From positions 41 through 64,040 of the forward strand of contig JARGOG010000024.1 in NCBI GenBank assembly GCA_029212785.1: a stretch of 64,000 nt of DNA, given 5' to 3'. Origin of the DNA: Thalassobaculaceae bacterium (GTDB taxonomy: Bacteria > Pseudomonadota > Alphaproteobacteria > Thalassobaculales > Thalassobaculaceae). A program made the translations under genes and the position numbers. This document shows, one piece after another, positions 1 to 9,673 of this stretch. Within the stretch, counting starts at the first letter, position 1, and each line of letters starts with the position of its first letter. The notes beneath the pieces were generated by a model. It was given only the letters and a program-made list of their open reading frames with translations, was not told the origin of the DNA and did no database searches.

Positions 1-2009
1 ATCTTGTCTATCTGGATGCCGCCCTGCCTGGCGGCCTCGCGCTGGCCAAGGTCCCGACCACCCTGGACAATCAGGCCGGCGGCGTGATGGCGGCTCTCGA
101 GGCCGCGGGGGTCGATACTGCCGCCCTCGACCAGATCGTTCACGGCACGACCACCACCACCAATGCCCTGCTGGAGCGCAAGGTCGCGCGCACCGGATTG
201 ATCACCACCCGCGGGTTCCGCGACGTGCTTGAGCTCGGACGACGCACGCGCCCGACCTCCTACGGCCTCACCGGCGGGTTCGAACCGCTGATCCCGCGTG
301 AGCTCCGCCTCGAGGTTGCCGAGCGCATGGATGCGGAAGGCGCGGTGCTGACGCCGCTGGACGAGGCCGCCGTCGACGCCGCCGCCGACGCTCTGAAGGC
401 GGCCGGATGCGAGGCGGTGGTCATCCATTTCCTGCACAGCTACGCCAACCCGTCCCACGAGCGCCGCGCCGCGGAGATCGTGCGCACCCGCTGGCCGGAG
501 GCGGAGGTCACCGCCGGCCACGCGATTCTAAGCGAGTTCCGCGAATATGAACGCGGCACCACCGCCGCCGTGAACGCCACAGTGCAACCGGTGCTGCGCC
601 GGTATCTGAAGCGCCTGACCGATCGCCTCGGAGCGGGCGGCTATGCCCGCACACTTCTGGTCATGCAGGGCAACGGCGGTACCATCTCGGCCGAGCGGGC
701 GGCGGATCACGCGGTGAACACCGTCATGTCAGGCCCCGCCTCCGGCGTCATGGCGGCCGCCTATACCGCGCGGGCTTCCGGCTTTGCCAACGTGCTGACC
801 TACGACATGGGCGGCACCAGCTCGGATGTCGGCCTGATCATCGACGGCATCCCGAGCATCCACAGCGAGCTCGACCTCGAATACGGCATGCCGATCCATG
901 TGCCGATGGTCGACGTCCACACCATCGGCGCCGGCGGTGGATCGATCGCCTCGGTCGATGCGTCCGGCCTGCTGCGGGTCGGCCCCGAAAGCGCCGGGGC
1001 CAGTCCGGGACCGATCTGCTATGCCCGCGGCGGCACCCGGCCGACGATCACCGACGCCAACCTGGTGCTCGGCCGCCTGGATCCCGACCGGCTGCTGTCG
1101 GTCGACAATCCGGTCTCGCTCGACGACGTGCGCACTCGGATCGCCGATAGCATCGGCACCCCACTTGGCCTTACGCCCGATGAGGCGGCCGCCGCGATCC
1201 TGCGGGTGGCCAATGACCGGATGGCCGGCGCGATCCGCATGGTCTCGCTCGCCAAAGGCCACGACCCCCGTGATTTCGTCCTATTCGCCTTCGGTGGCGC
1301 CGGGCCGCTGCACGCAACGGCCCTCGCCCGCGAGTTGGCGGTGCCGACCGTCGTCGTCCCGGCGCGCCCTGGAATCACCAATGCCATCGGCTGCGCCGTC
1401 GCCGACCTGCGCCACGATTTCGTCAACACGCTGAACACGCCCCTGGAGGCGCTCGACATCGCTCAGGTGCATGACCTGTTCGCTGAGCAGGAAGCCGAGG
1501 GTCGAGCGCTGCTGGAAGCGGAAGATGTCGCCCTTGCGAGCGTCGAGATCCGCCGCAGCGTCGACATGCAGTTTCTCGGGCAGTCGCATATTTTGCAGGT
1601 GCCGCTCGAGGCCGCCGCGCCGAGCCTGGACGATCTCGGCCGACGGTTCGCCGCCGCCTATTGGGAACGGTTCGCCGTCGACCTGCCGGAGATCCGGCCG
1701 GTTCTCGTCAATCTCCACACCGCGGTGCTCGGACACCGCCCGGCGATCCCGCTCGCCCAGTTGGCGGCGTCCGAGACCCGTGCGGCAACCCTCGACGGTG
1801 CCCGGGAGTCCCTCCGCGATGTCTGGTTCGAGGGTACGGGCTGGTGCACTACGCCGATCTACCGGCGCGAGACCCTGCCCGAGGGAGCTACGTTCGACGG
1901 GCCGGCCATCGTTGCCCAGTTCGACTCCACCACCGTCATTGAACCCGGCCAGTCGGCAAAGCTCGACGAATTCGGCAACCTTCTGGTTTCCGTCGCGTTG
2001 TCCTGGTGA
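1..2009 (+). CDS. hyuA: Hydantoinase/oxoprolinase A-subunit family protein (HyuA-like); 5' end lies outside the window
   Basis: Frame 3 is open from nt 3, with no stop before the listed Met at 84, so the gene starts upstream. The product carries HyuA-type motifs (LTYDMGGTSSDVGLI, VHTIGAGGGSIA). A HyuB-type partner follows at 2465. Confidence 0.9.
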   Translation, partial: LVYLDAALPGGLALAKVPTTLDNQAGGVMAALEAAGVDTAALDQIVHGTTTTTNALLERKVARTGLITTRGFRDVLELGRRTRPTSYGLTGGFEPLIPRELRLEVAERMDAEGAVLTPLDEAAVDAAADALKAAGCEAVVIHFLHSYANPSHERRAAEIVRTRWPEAEVTAGHAILSEFREYERGTTAAVNATVQPVLRRYLKRLTDRLGAGGYARTLLVMQGNGGTISAERAADHAVNTVMSGPASGVMAAAYTARASGFANVLTYDMGGTSSDVGLIIDGIPSIHSELDLEYGMPIHVPMVDVHTIGAGGGSIASVDASGLLRVGPESAGASPGPICYARGGTRPTITDANLVLGRLDPDRLLSVDNPVSLDDVRTRIADSIGTPLGLTPDEAAAAILRVANDRMAGAIRMVSLAKGHDPRDFVLFAFGGAGPLHATALARELAVPTVVVPARPGITNAIGCAVADLRHDFVNTLNTPLEALDIAQVHDLFAEQEAEGRALLEAEDVALASVEIRRSVDMQFLGQSHILQVPLEAAAPSLDDLGRRFAAAYWERFAVDLPEIRPVLVNLHTAVLGHRPAIPLAQLAASETRAATLDGARESLRDVWFEGTGWCTTPIYRRETLPEGATFDGPAIVAQFDSTTVIEPGQSAKLDEFGNLLVSVALSW

Positions 2010-2035
2010 TTGCGATCAATTGTGAGGCAGCCGTC

Positions 2036-2449
2036 ATGACAATGTCCAACCGCCGCTCCCCCTTCCGGACTCCGGCCCAGTCCCTGGTCCCCGATCGGTT
2101 CCCAACCCTGTTCGTCGCCGCCGTCGTCGGTGTTGCCCTGTTCGGCATGGCGCTCGCCAGCGCCGGCGCCCATGCCACCGCGAAGACCCCGCAGGAGGAG
2201 GTCTATCTGGACTACCAGATCGGTCTCCAAGCCGTAGCGAAGTGCCGCGACGAAACCCTGTCGATGGAGCAGAACGCGCGGATCGGCGCACGCATCGACG
2301 CCCTGACCGGCGAGGCCGTCGGCGCAGGTCGCCGGCTTTTCCTGATCGAGGATGCCAAAGAGATCATCAACATCGAGGGCTGCGACTCCGCCGTGGTGCA
2401 GCAAGGCCTCGCCGCCTACGATGCCAACCTCGCCTCCGCCGCGAAGTGA
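2036..2449 (+). CDS. Small hypothetical exported protein wedged between hyuA and hyuB
   Basis: ATG 2036 is preceded by GAGG at 2024-2027. An alternative GTG at 2006 overlaps the hyuA stop as GTGA. Third codon positions are strongly G/C-biased. The signal-peptide-like stretch FPTLFVAAVVGVALFGMALASAGAHA is followed by a ~100-aa soluble part with 2 Cys. No family recognised. Confidence 0.55.
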   Translation: MTMSNRRSPFRTPAQSLVPDRFPTLFVAAVVGVALFGMALASAGAHATAKTPQEEVYLDYQIGLQAVAKCRDETLSMEQNARIGARIDALTGEAVGAGRRLFLIEDAKEIINIEGCDSAVVQQGLAAYDANLASAAK

Positions 2450-2464
2450 CCCCATGAGGTTCCG

Positions 2465-4138
2465 ATGACCGGACCAGCCGCGCTCTCATCCGATCCGCTT
2501 GCGGCGATCGACCCGATCACGCTGACGGTCATCCAGAACGGCCTGCAGCAGGTCTGCAACGAGATGGACCTGGCGTTTTCCCGCGCCGCCTTCTCGCCGG
2601 TGATCAGCGAGACCCATGACCGCTCCGATGGCATCTATCACCGCGACGGCGGCGCCCTGATCGCCCAGGGCGAGGACGGGCTGCCGGTCTTCGTCGGCAC
2701 CATGCAGGATTGTTGCGCGACGGTGATCGGGCGTGCCCGCGGTCTGAAGCCGGGCGACGTCTATATCGTCAACGACCCCTATCTCGGCGGCACCCACCTG
2801 ATGGACGTGAAGTTCGTCAAACCGTTCTTCTATAAGGGGGAGCTGTTCTGCTGGTTGGCCAATACCGGGCACTGGCCGGATACCGGCGGCGCGGTCCCCG
2901 GCGGCTTCTCCGCCAGCGCCACCGAGGTCGAGCAGGAGGGGCTGCGCCTGCCGCCGGTGAAGCTCTACAAGGCCGGGGTGATCGACGAGGAGATCCTCGC
3001 GATCATCAATTCCAATATCCGCATCGCCGATCAGAGGATCGGCGACATCAAGGCCCAGGCCGCCGCCCTCACCGTGGGCGAACGGCGCCTGACCCTGCTG
3101 CTCGACCGCTACGGCGCCGATACCGTCGACCGGGCGATCGCCGAGATGCGGGTGCGCGCCGCCCAGCAGATGCGCGCCAAGATCGCTGCCATCCCCGACG
3201 GGGTCTACGAAAGCACCGCCATCGTCGACAGCGATGGCGTGGTGAACGAACCGCTGACCATCAAACTGACCCTGACCATCAGGGGCGAGGAGGCGCATTT
3301 CGATTTCGCCGGCTCGTCGCCGCCCTGCCAGGGGCCGATGAACAGCGTGATCGCCACGACCCGCTCCTCAGTCTATCTGGCGATGAAGCACATCTATCCC
3401 GACGTTGCGATCAATGCCGGCACCTTCGAGCCGCTGATTGTTGCCGATCCGGACGGCACCTTCCTCTATGCGAAATATCCGCGTCCGGTCTCCGGTTGCG
3501 CGGCGGAAGTCAGCCAGCGCATCGCCGAAGCGGTTTTCGCGGCGATGACGAAGGCGGTGCCGGACCTCCTGTTCGCCGCCCCCGCCGGCACCAGCGGCAA
3601 CTTCTCTCTCGGTGGTACCGATCCCAAGACCGGTCGCGGCTATGTCTGTTACCTGATCTCCGGCGGCGGCTATGGCGGCCATGCGGGCGGCGACGGCATC
3701 TCGAACGGCTGCTCCACCATCGGCATCTCCAAGACCACCCCGATCGAGGTGGTCGAGCAGCGCTATCCGATCCTGTACGAGGAATACGCCCTGCGCGAAG
3801 GCTCCGGCGGGGCCGGAGAGCACCGCGGCGGCTTCGGCGTACGCTACAAGGTGCGCCTGCGCCGGGGCACCGCCCGGGCCAGTTTCGTGATGGATCACGG
3901 CCGCGTCGGGCCGCAGGGCGCGCTCGGCGGCGCCGACGGCGCGCCGAACACCGTGCTGGTGGAGCGCGGCGGCGAGAGCTACACGCCGCTGCACCTGTCG
4001 AAGGAGCAGGGCATCGCCATCACGCAAGGCGACGCGATCACGGTGGAGACCCCTGGTGGCGGCGGCTACGGCGACCCGTCGTTGCGCGACCCCGCCTTGG
4101 CCGAGCGGGATCGGTTGCGAGGGTACTATCCGGGATAG
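2465..4138 (+). CDS. hyuB: Hydantoinase B/oxoprolinase family protein (HyuB-like)
   Basis: 557-aa product with HyuB-type motifs (VNDPYLGGTHLMD, ETPGGGGYGDP). It pairs with the HyuA-like gene upstream. Confidence 0.9.
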   Translation: MTGPAALSSDPLAAIDPITLTVIQNGLQQVCNEMDLAFSRAAFSPVISETHDRSDGIYHRDGGALIAQGEDGLPVFVGTMQDCCATVIGRARGLKPGDVYIVNDPYLGGTHLMDVKFVKPFFYKGELFCWLANTGHWPDTGGAVPGGFSASATEVEQEGLRLPPVKLYKAGVIDEEILAIINSNIRIADQRIGDIKAQAAALTVGERRLTLLLDRYGADTVDRAIAEMRVRAAQQMRAKIAAIPDGVYESTAIVDSDGVVNEPLTIKLTLTIRGEEAHFDFAGSSPPCQGPMNSVIATTRSSVYLAMKHIYPDVAINAGTFEPLIVADPDGTFLYAKYPRPVSGCAAEVSQRIAEAVFAAMTKAVPDLLFAAPAGTSGNFSLGGTDPKTGRGYVCYLISGGGYGGHAGGDGISNGCSTIGISKTTPIEVVEQRYPILYEEYALREGSGGAGEHRGGFGVRYKVRLRRGTARASFVMDHGRVGPQGALGGADGAPNTVLVERGGESYTPLHLSKEQGIAITQGDAITVETPGGGGYGDPSLRDPALAERDRLRGYYPG

Positions 4139-4147
4139 ACCGGCTGC

Positions 4148-4474
4148 CTATTCGGTGAAGGTGTATTCGCCCAACTCGCAGAGATCGAGACTGTGGTCAT
4201 CCACGACATCACCGTCGGAAAACACGCCTCGGATGTCGTAGATGCAGGTGGTCAGGCCATCCGCGATCGACACCGTGACCTCATAACCCGGGGCAAGGTA
4301 ACTGCCGCCATCCAGCAGGTTCTCTTCCCAGTGCTCGCTGCTGGCCGGCGACACGTAGAAGCCGACGAGATCCGCACTGCTGTCGTTGATGAGAAGGAAC
4401 TCAAGATCCTCCGCCGCCGCTGGCATGGCGATCGCGAAGGTAAAAAAAGCCGCAATGACAGCGAGCTTCCGCAT
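4148..4474 (-). CDS. Small hypothetical periplasmic protein
   Basis: I trimmed the listed ORF 4148..4552 to the internal ATG (cat at 4472-4474). This gives MRKLAVIAAFFTFAIAMPAAA, a classic signal peptide, and an acidic ~85-aa mature part with 2 Cys. No family named. Confidence 0.6.
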   Translation of the reverse strand: MRKLAVIAAFFTFAIAMPAAAEDLEFLLINDSSADLVGFYVSPASSEHWEENLLDGGSYLAPGYEVTVSIADGLTTCIYDIRGVFSDGDVVDDHSLDLCELGEYTFTE

Positions 4475-4620
4475 GGAAATTCCCCAAATACGTCCGCTTA
4501 GCCGCGGATCCACACCGCCATGACGGTACGCCGGTTCGTCGCTGTCCGACAACTGATGTTTGGCACCGGTTCGTCGGATTTCCGGCGCAGCACCGATATG
4601 ACAATCGGGTCGCGAATCTG

Positions 4621-5904
4621 TTGTACTGCAACGATCGCAGCAGCATCGGAGCGGAGCCCGTCATGCCGGAACCGCGCCCCCCTCAAAGCCCAGGGTCCCA
4701 GCCCGAACGCCAGGTCTCCCAGGAGACATTGAACCGGCTGCTGTCACTGGTGATCCCACACCTGACGCCGGGCGAACCGATCCTTGTCTATGTGCTGCAC
4801 CAGTGGCGGCGCTTCGGCCATTTGGTGATCGAGCCGCAGATGCTCGCCACCCTCTACGGCGACCGCTACAGACGCATGGTGATCGTCACCGGCAACCTCG
4901 ACCTGCCGGGCTCGAACCGGGCGCTAGTCGAGTGCCTGGACGACCGCTTCGTCATCGTCGAGACCGACTTCCGCGACGTGCTGTCCCTCGGCACCACCGA
5001 TGGCGGGCTGATCGACATGAAGCACCTGCATTGGCTGGCGATGTCGGCGCGCACGCTGATCGTCGAGTGCTGGCGCGCGGTGGTCGCCGGCAGGCGCCCG
5101 CATCTGCTGGCGATGTCGGAGGGGCTGCGCGCGCGCGGCGCTGCACGCCTGGCCGAGCACGGGATCGACCCGGCCGCGCCGGTCGCCCTTTTCCATACCC
5201 GCACGATGGCCTATCTGCCGGACGAGGGGCATCATGGTCATCGCACCGCGGAAATCGGCAGCTACGACGGCGCGCTGCGGCGGATCCTGGATGCCGGGTA
5301 TCAGGTGCTGCGGCTCGGCGAACCGGGCCTGGAGACCTGGGAGCGGGCGCCCGACGGCTATCTCAGCTTGCCCGATGTCTTCCCCGGCGAACGGTGGATC
5401 GATCTCTATGCCTGCGCCATCTGCCGGTTCATGACGGCGCAGAATTCCGGGCCGATCTGGGTGGCCGCCGCTTTCGGCAACACGTCGTTGAGGACCAACA
5501 CCCCGTTCGAGCATCTGAACCTGCCCTATAACGACGACCTGTCGCTGTTCAAACGCTACCGCCGGGCCGGCGCGGATCGCTTCCTGACATATCGCGAGAT
5601 TCTCGACGCGCGCCTGCCCGGCACTTTCCGCGACGCCGACTTCGCCGAACTCGGGATCGAATTGGTGGAAAACACGCCCGACGAGGTCGATGCCGCCACC
5701 GCCGAGTTCCTGACCAAGCTGGACGGCACCTGGAAGCCGGACCCGGACAAGCACGAGCGGTTCCGCGCCCTCGGCCGCGATTACGAGGCGGCCATCGGCA
5801 CGGAAGGGCGCTTTGTCTCGGAAGCGCTCGATTTCTACGGCTACGGCCACCCCTTCGGTTGGGTCGCGCGCGGGACATTGGGCCTGGAGGGGTTCCTGGA
5901 CTGA
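4621..5904 (+). CDS. Hypothetical soluble protein; possibly a TIGR04372-like putative glycosyltransferase (uncertain recollection)
   Basis: 427-aa ORF with TTG start at 4621 (alternative ATG at 4663) and coding-like G/C third positions. I could not place a firm catalytic motif. Confidence 0.55.
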   Translation: MYCNDRSSIGAEPVMPEPRPPQSPGSQPERQVSQETLNRLLSLVIPHLTPGEPILVYVLHQWRRFGHLVIEPQMLATLYGDRYRRMVIVTGNLDLPGSNRALVECLDDRFVIVETDFRDVLSLGTTDGGLIDMKHLHWLAMSARTLIVECWRAVVAGRRPHLLAMSEGLRARGAARLAEHGIDPAAPVALFHTRTMAYLPDEGHHGHRTAEIGSYDGALRRILDAGYQVLRLGEPGLETWERAPDGYLSLPDVFPGERWIDLYACAICRFMTAQNSGPIWVAAAFGNTSLRTNTPFEHLNLPYNDDLSLFKRYRRAGADRFLTYREILDARLPGTFRDADFAELGIELVENTPDEVDAATAEFLTKLDGTWKPDPDKHERFRALGRDYEAAIGTEGRFVSEALDFYGYGHPFGWVARGTLGLEGFLD

Positions 5905-5980
5905 TCGGCGCCGCGAACGGGCAACTTCACGCTACTTCCCGGACTTGATCCGGGATCCAGCTTTGGACGCCGTCGCTCGG

Positions 5981-6010
5981 TCCTGGATCGGCCCATCGGG
6001 CCGTCCAGGA
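5981..6010. repeat. GC-rich inverted repeat in the convergent intergenic gap; possible bidirectional terminator
   Basis: tcctgga-t-cggccc-atc-gggccg-tccagga forms a 7+6 bp stem with one bulged nt. It sits between the stop of 4621..5904 (+) and the stop of 6044..7210 (-). No clean downstream T-tract on either strand. Confidence 0.35.
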
Positions 6011-6043
6011 AATCGAAAAGAGGGGGCCGAAGAGCCCTAGGCC

Positions 6044-7210
6044 TCACGCCCGTTTCAGCCGGTCCTCGACAAGTTGCGCCCAGAAGCTCGCCCCATGCGG
6101 CAGGGCGGCGTCGTTGAAGTCGTAATCCGGGTGATGGACGCCGGCGGTGTCGCCGTTGCCGGCCCAGATATAGGCGCCCGGGCGCTGGTTCAGCATGTAT
6201 GAGAAGTCCTCCGCCCCCATCACCGGCTTCGGCGCCCGGTCGACCCGGTCGGCGCCGGCCATCCGCTCGGCCACATCGGCGGCGATGCCGGCCTGCTCCG
6301 GGTTGTTGATCGTCGCCGGATAGCCCTTGATGTAGTTCAGCTCGGCCTTCGCCCCGAAGGTGGCGCAGATTCCGTCCATGATCCGGGTGATGCGCTCCGG
6401 CAGACTGCTCTGCACCGCCGGATCGAACACCCGACAGGTGCCGCGCAGCACCATGTCGTCCGGAACCACGTTGAAGGCATGGCCGGCATGGAACTGGGTG
6501 ACCGAGATCACCAGCGCCTTCTGGGCATCGAGGTTGCGCGACGTGATCGACTGCAGCGCCATCACCATATGGGCGCCGACCAGCACCGGATCGACCCCGT
6601 GATGCGGCATCGCCCCGTGCGAGCCCCTGCCCTGGATGTTGATTTCGAAATTGTCGCGCGCCGCCATCATCGGGCCCGGCGAGACGGCGAAGCTGCCGAT
6701 CGGAATGCCCGGAATGTTGTGCATGCCGAACACGGTGTCGCAGGGGAAGCGGTCGAACATGCCTTCCTTGACCATCAGATCCCCGCCGCCCTTGCCCTCT
6801 TCGGCCGGTTGGAAGATGAAATGGACGGTCCCGTCAAAATTCCCGGTCTCCGCCAGATATTTCGCGGCACCCAGCAGCATGGTGGTGTGCCCGTCATGGC
6901 CGCAGGCATGCATCACCCCGTCATTGACCGAGCGGTGCGGACGCTCACCCTCGCCGCGCTCCAGGATCGGCAGCGCGTCCATGTCGGCGCGCAGGCCGAT
7001 GGTGCGCCCCGACGACCCGGACTTCAGCACGCCGACCAGGCCGGTTCCGGCGATGCCGCGATGCACCTCGATGCCGAAGGACTCGAGCTTGGCCGCGACG
7101 ACGTCGCTGGTGCGATGCTCCTCGAAGCCGAGCTCCGGATGGGTGTGCAGATCGTGCCGCCACGCGGTCATCTCGTCGTGGAATTCGGCGATGCGGTTGA
7201 CGATGGGCAT
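6044..7210 (-). CDS. M20 family amidohydrolase (aminoacylase/hippurate hydrolase type)
   Basis: M20D-type motifs MHACGHDGH and FIFQPAEEG, with DMDALP upstream. Length 388 aa. Confidence 0.9.
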   Translation of the reverse strand: MPIVNRIAEFHDEMTAWRHDLHTHPELGFEEHRTSDVVAAKLESFGIEVHRGIAGTGLVGVLKSGSSGRTIGLRADMDALPILERGEGERPHRSVNDGVMHACGHDGHTTMLLGAAKYLAETGNFDGTVHFIFQPAEEGKGGGDLMVKEGMFDRFPCDTVFGMHNIPGIPIGSFAVSPGPMMAARDNFEINIQGRGSHGAMPHHGVDPVLVGAHMVMALQSITSRNLDAQKALVISVTQFHAGHAFNVVPDDMVLRGTCRVFDPAVQSSLPERITRIMDGICATFGAKAELNYIKGYPATINNPEQAGIAADVAERMAGADRVDRAPKPVMGAEDFSYMLNQRPGAYIWAGNGDTAGVHHPDYDFNDAALPHGASFWAQLVEDRLKRA

Positions 7211-7225
7211 GGGGCTCTCCTCCGC

Positions 7226-8386
7226 TCAGGCCTTGGCGAGCTGCTGCTCGACCAGGGTCGACCAGTAGCTGGCGCCATGGGTGAGCGCCTCGTCATTGAA
7301 GTCGTATTCAGGGTGATGGACCGAGGCCCCGGGGCCATTGCCCATCAGGATGTAGGATCCGGGCACCGCCTGCATCATCGCCGCGAAATCCTCGGACCCC
7401 ATCAGCGGGGCGGTGTCGTCGATCACCCGTCCGTCGCCAGCCACCGTGCGGGCGGCACTCAGCGCGTGCTCGGTCGCGTCCTCGGCATTGACCGTCACCG
7501 GGAAGACCGACTTGTAGTCCACCGTCGCCGTCGCCCCGTGGGCGGCACAGATCCCGTCGACGACCCGGCGGAACTTCTCCTCCAGTTCGCCGTGGATCTC
7601 CATGTTCAGGGTCCGGCAGGTACCGCGCAGGACGACGCTGTCCGGGATGACGTTGAACGCCTCGCCGGCATGGAACTCGGTCACCGAGACGACCAGGGCG
7701 TCCTGGGCGCTGACCGTCCGGCTGACCAGGGTCTGCAGCGCGATGATCACATTTGAGCCCACGATCACCGGATCGATTCCCTGATGCGGCATGGCGGCGT
7801 GGGCGCCGCGGCCCTGGATCGTGACCTCGAAGGTATCGCCGGCGGCCATGATCGGGCCCGGGCGGATCGAAAACTCGCCGACCGGCAGGTTCGGCATGTT
7901 GTGCATGCCGTAGACCCGATCGCAGGGGAAGCGGTCGAACAGGCCGTCATCCAGCATGCTGAACGCCCCGCCAAGCCCTTCCTCGGCCGGCTGGAAGATG
8001 AACTGGACGGTGCCGTCGAAATTCCGCGTCTCGGCCAGATACTTCGCCGCGCCCAGCAGCATGGTGGTGTGGCCGTCATGACCGCAGGCGTGCATGACAC
8101 CGTCGCTACCGGAGGCGTAGTCCTTGCCGGTGCGCTCGACGATGGGCAGCGCATCCATGTCGGCGCGCAGCCCAATGCGCCGCGTGCCGTTGCCCGCCTT
8201 CAACACTCCGACCACGCCGGTTCTGCCGATACCCTTGTGCACCTCGATACCCCATTCCGCCAACTTCTCGGCGACGATCTCGCTGGTGCGCCGCTCCTGG
8301 AAGCCGAGCTCGGGATTTGCGTGGAAATCGCGGCGCCACTCGGTCATCTCGCCGTGAAAGTCCGCGATACGATTGATGATCGCCAT
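7226..8386 (-). CDS. M20 family amidohydrolase, tandem paralogue of 6044..7210
   Basis: Same motifs (MHACGHDGH, FIFQPAEEG) and collinear with its neighbour. I trimmed to the ATG at 8384-8386 (MAIINRIADFH), which matches the neighbour's N-terminus MPIVNRIAEFH. Confidence 0.9.
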   Translation of the reverse strand: MAIINRIADFHGEMTEWRRDFHANPELGFQERRTSEIVAEKLAEWGIEVHKGIGRTGVVGVLKAGNGTRRIGLRADMDALPIVERTGKDYASGSDGVMHACGHDGHTTMLLGAAKYLAETRNFDGTVQFIFQPAEEGLGGAFSMLDDGLFDRFPCDRVYGMHNMPNLPVGEFSIRPGPIMAAGDTFEVTIQGRGAHAAMPHQGIDPVIVGSNVIIALQTLVSRTVSAQDALVVSVTEFHAGEAFNVIPDSVVLRGTCRTLNMEIHGELEEKFRRVVDGICAAHGATATVDYKSVFPVTVNAEDATEHALSAARTVAGDGRVIDDTAPLMGSEDFAAMMQAVPGSYILMGNGPGASVHHPEYDFNDEALTHGASYWSTLVEQQLAKA

Positions 8387-8471
8387 GTCAGGAAGGTGCT
8401 CCGGTTGATCAACGACGGGTTCACGAGTATCGAGCCCCATCGGCAAGCACGCAAGAGAGGGGCACGCAGAA

Positions 8472-9032
8472 ATGCCGCCCGCCAGATCCCACCCACCCGA
8501 GGCCCCGACGATCGAGGCCGGCCGCCTGCGACTGAGGGCTTTCACTCCCGACGACAGACCGGCCTATGCCGCCATGCGGGCCGACCCGGACGTGGTGCGC
8601 TATCTCGTGGGTGGTGAAGCGTTGATCGCCTTTGCCGACGAAATCGCAGTCTCGCGCATCAACGCCTTCCGCGAGGCATGGAGATCCGGGTTCGGAGTCT
8701 GGGCGGTGGAGGAAACGGCGAGCGGCCGCTTCCTCGGCCAAGTGGGCCTCGAGCAGTTGGAGCAGGCGGCGGATGTGGAGGTGCTGTACGCCTTCGCCCG
8801 CCATGCCTGGGGACGAGGTTATGCGCGGGAGGCCACCCGCGCCGCCCTTGCCTTCGCGTTCGACGACGCCCGGCTGCCGCGCGTCGTCGCCTTCGTGGTG
8901 CCGCAGAACACCGCCTCCTCGCGGGTGCTGGAGGCGGTCGGCTTCCGGTCGATCGGCGCGACCACCTACAACGATTTTCCGGTGCTCGGCTACGCGATCA
9001 CCGCCGAGGAATGGACTGCCGCACGAGGCTAG
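8472..9032 (+). CDS. GNAT family N-acetyltransferase (RimJ/RimL-like)
   Basis: 186 aa. Typical pattern FGVWAVEE..GRFLGQVGL and acetyl-CoA loop region ARHAWGRGYAREA. Confidence 0.85.
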   Translation: MPPARSHPPEAPTIEAGRLRLRAFTPDDRPAYAAMRADPDVVRYLVGGEALIAFADEIAVSRINAFREAWRSGFGVWAVEETASGRFLGQVGLEQLEQAADVEVLYAFARHAWGRGYAREATRAALAFAFDDARLPRVVAFVVPQNTASSRVLEAVGFRSIGATTYNDFPVLGYAITAEEWTAARG

Positions 9033-9673
9033 TGGGTCAGGGCGAACTTGTCCGCATGGCCGAGCACGCCGGTCACCAGGATTTCGACGCCGATGGCGAT
9101 CAGCAACAGGCCGAAGATCCGCTCGAAAACCAGAATGCCGCTCTTGCCAAGGAACCGGACGAGAAACCCGGCACAAACCAGAATCAACCAGCTCAGCCCG
9201 ACAACGATGGCAAGGATCAGGATGACCTTAGCCTCATGCAGCACGCTGGCGGACTGATGACCTTCAAGCAGCATCTGGGTGATCGCCCCGGCGCCACCGA
9301 GCAGCGGGACGCCCATGGGCGAAACGCCGACACGCACCGCCGAAGCGCCCGCGTCGGCCTCGACATCCTCTTCGCTTGGCACGCGCTTGTCCGACATCAT
9401 CGAGAGACCCGTCAGGGCGATGATCAGGCCGCCGGCGATCTGAAAGGACGGCAGCGACGTCCCCAACGTGCTGATGATCGCCTCGCCAAACAAATAGGCT
9501 AGGCTCAGGATCACGAACGCCGTGACGCTCCCCACCGTGGCGCACACTATCCGACCGCGAAACGTCATGCCCGACGTCAGGGAGACGAATATCGGCGCGA
9601 CGACGATGGGCGCCATGAGCGCGAAGAGACTGACGCCGAACTGGGCGTGGCTCGGCCAATCGAAATCGGTCAT
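9029..9673 (-). CDS. MarC family (UPF0056) integral membrane protein
   Basis: 214-aa polytopic hydrophobic protein with MarC-like N-terminus (FALMAPIVVAPIFVSLT). Its start overlaps the dgoA stop by 4 nt (ATGA). Confidence 0.8.
   Translation of the reverse strand: MTDFDWPSHAQFGVSLFALMAPIVVAPIFVSLTSGMTFRGRIVCATVGSVTAFVILSLAYLFGEAIISTLGTSLPSFQIAGGLIIALTGLSMMSDKRVPSEEDVEADAGASAVRVGVSPMGVPLLGGAGAITQMLLEGHQSASVLHEAKVILILAIVVGLSWLILVCAGFLVRFLGKSGILVFERIFGLLLIAIGVEILVTGVLGHADKFALTH

Noticed and set aside
6479-8617. Plus-strand ORFs 6479..7756 (425 aa) and 7784..8617 (277 aa) opposite the M20 genes.
   Set aside because: They are antisense to genes with M20 metal-binding motifs, and their composition is typical of shadow ORFs.
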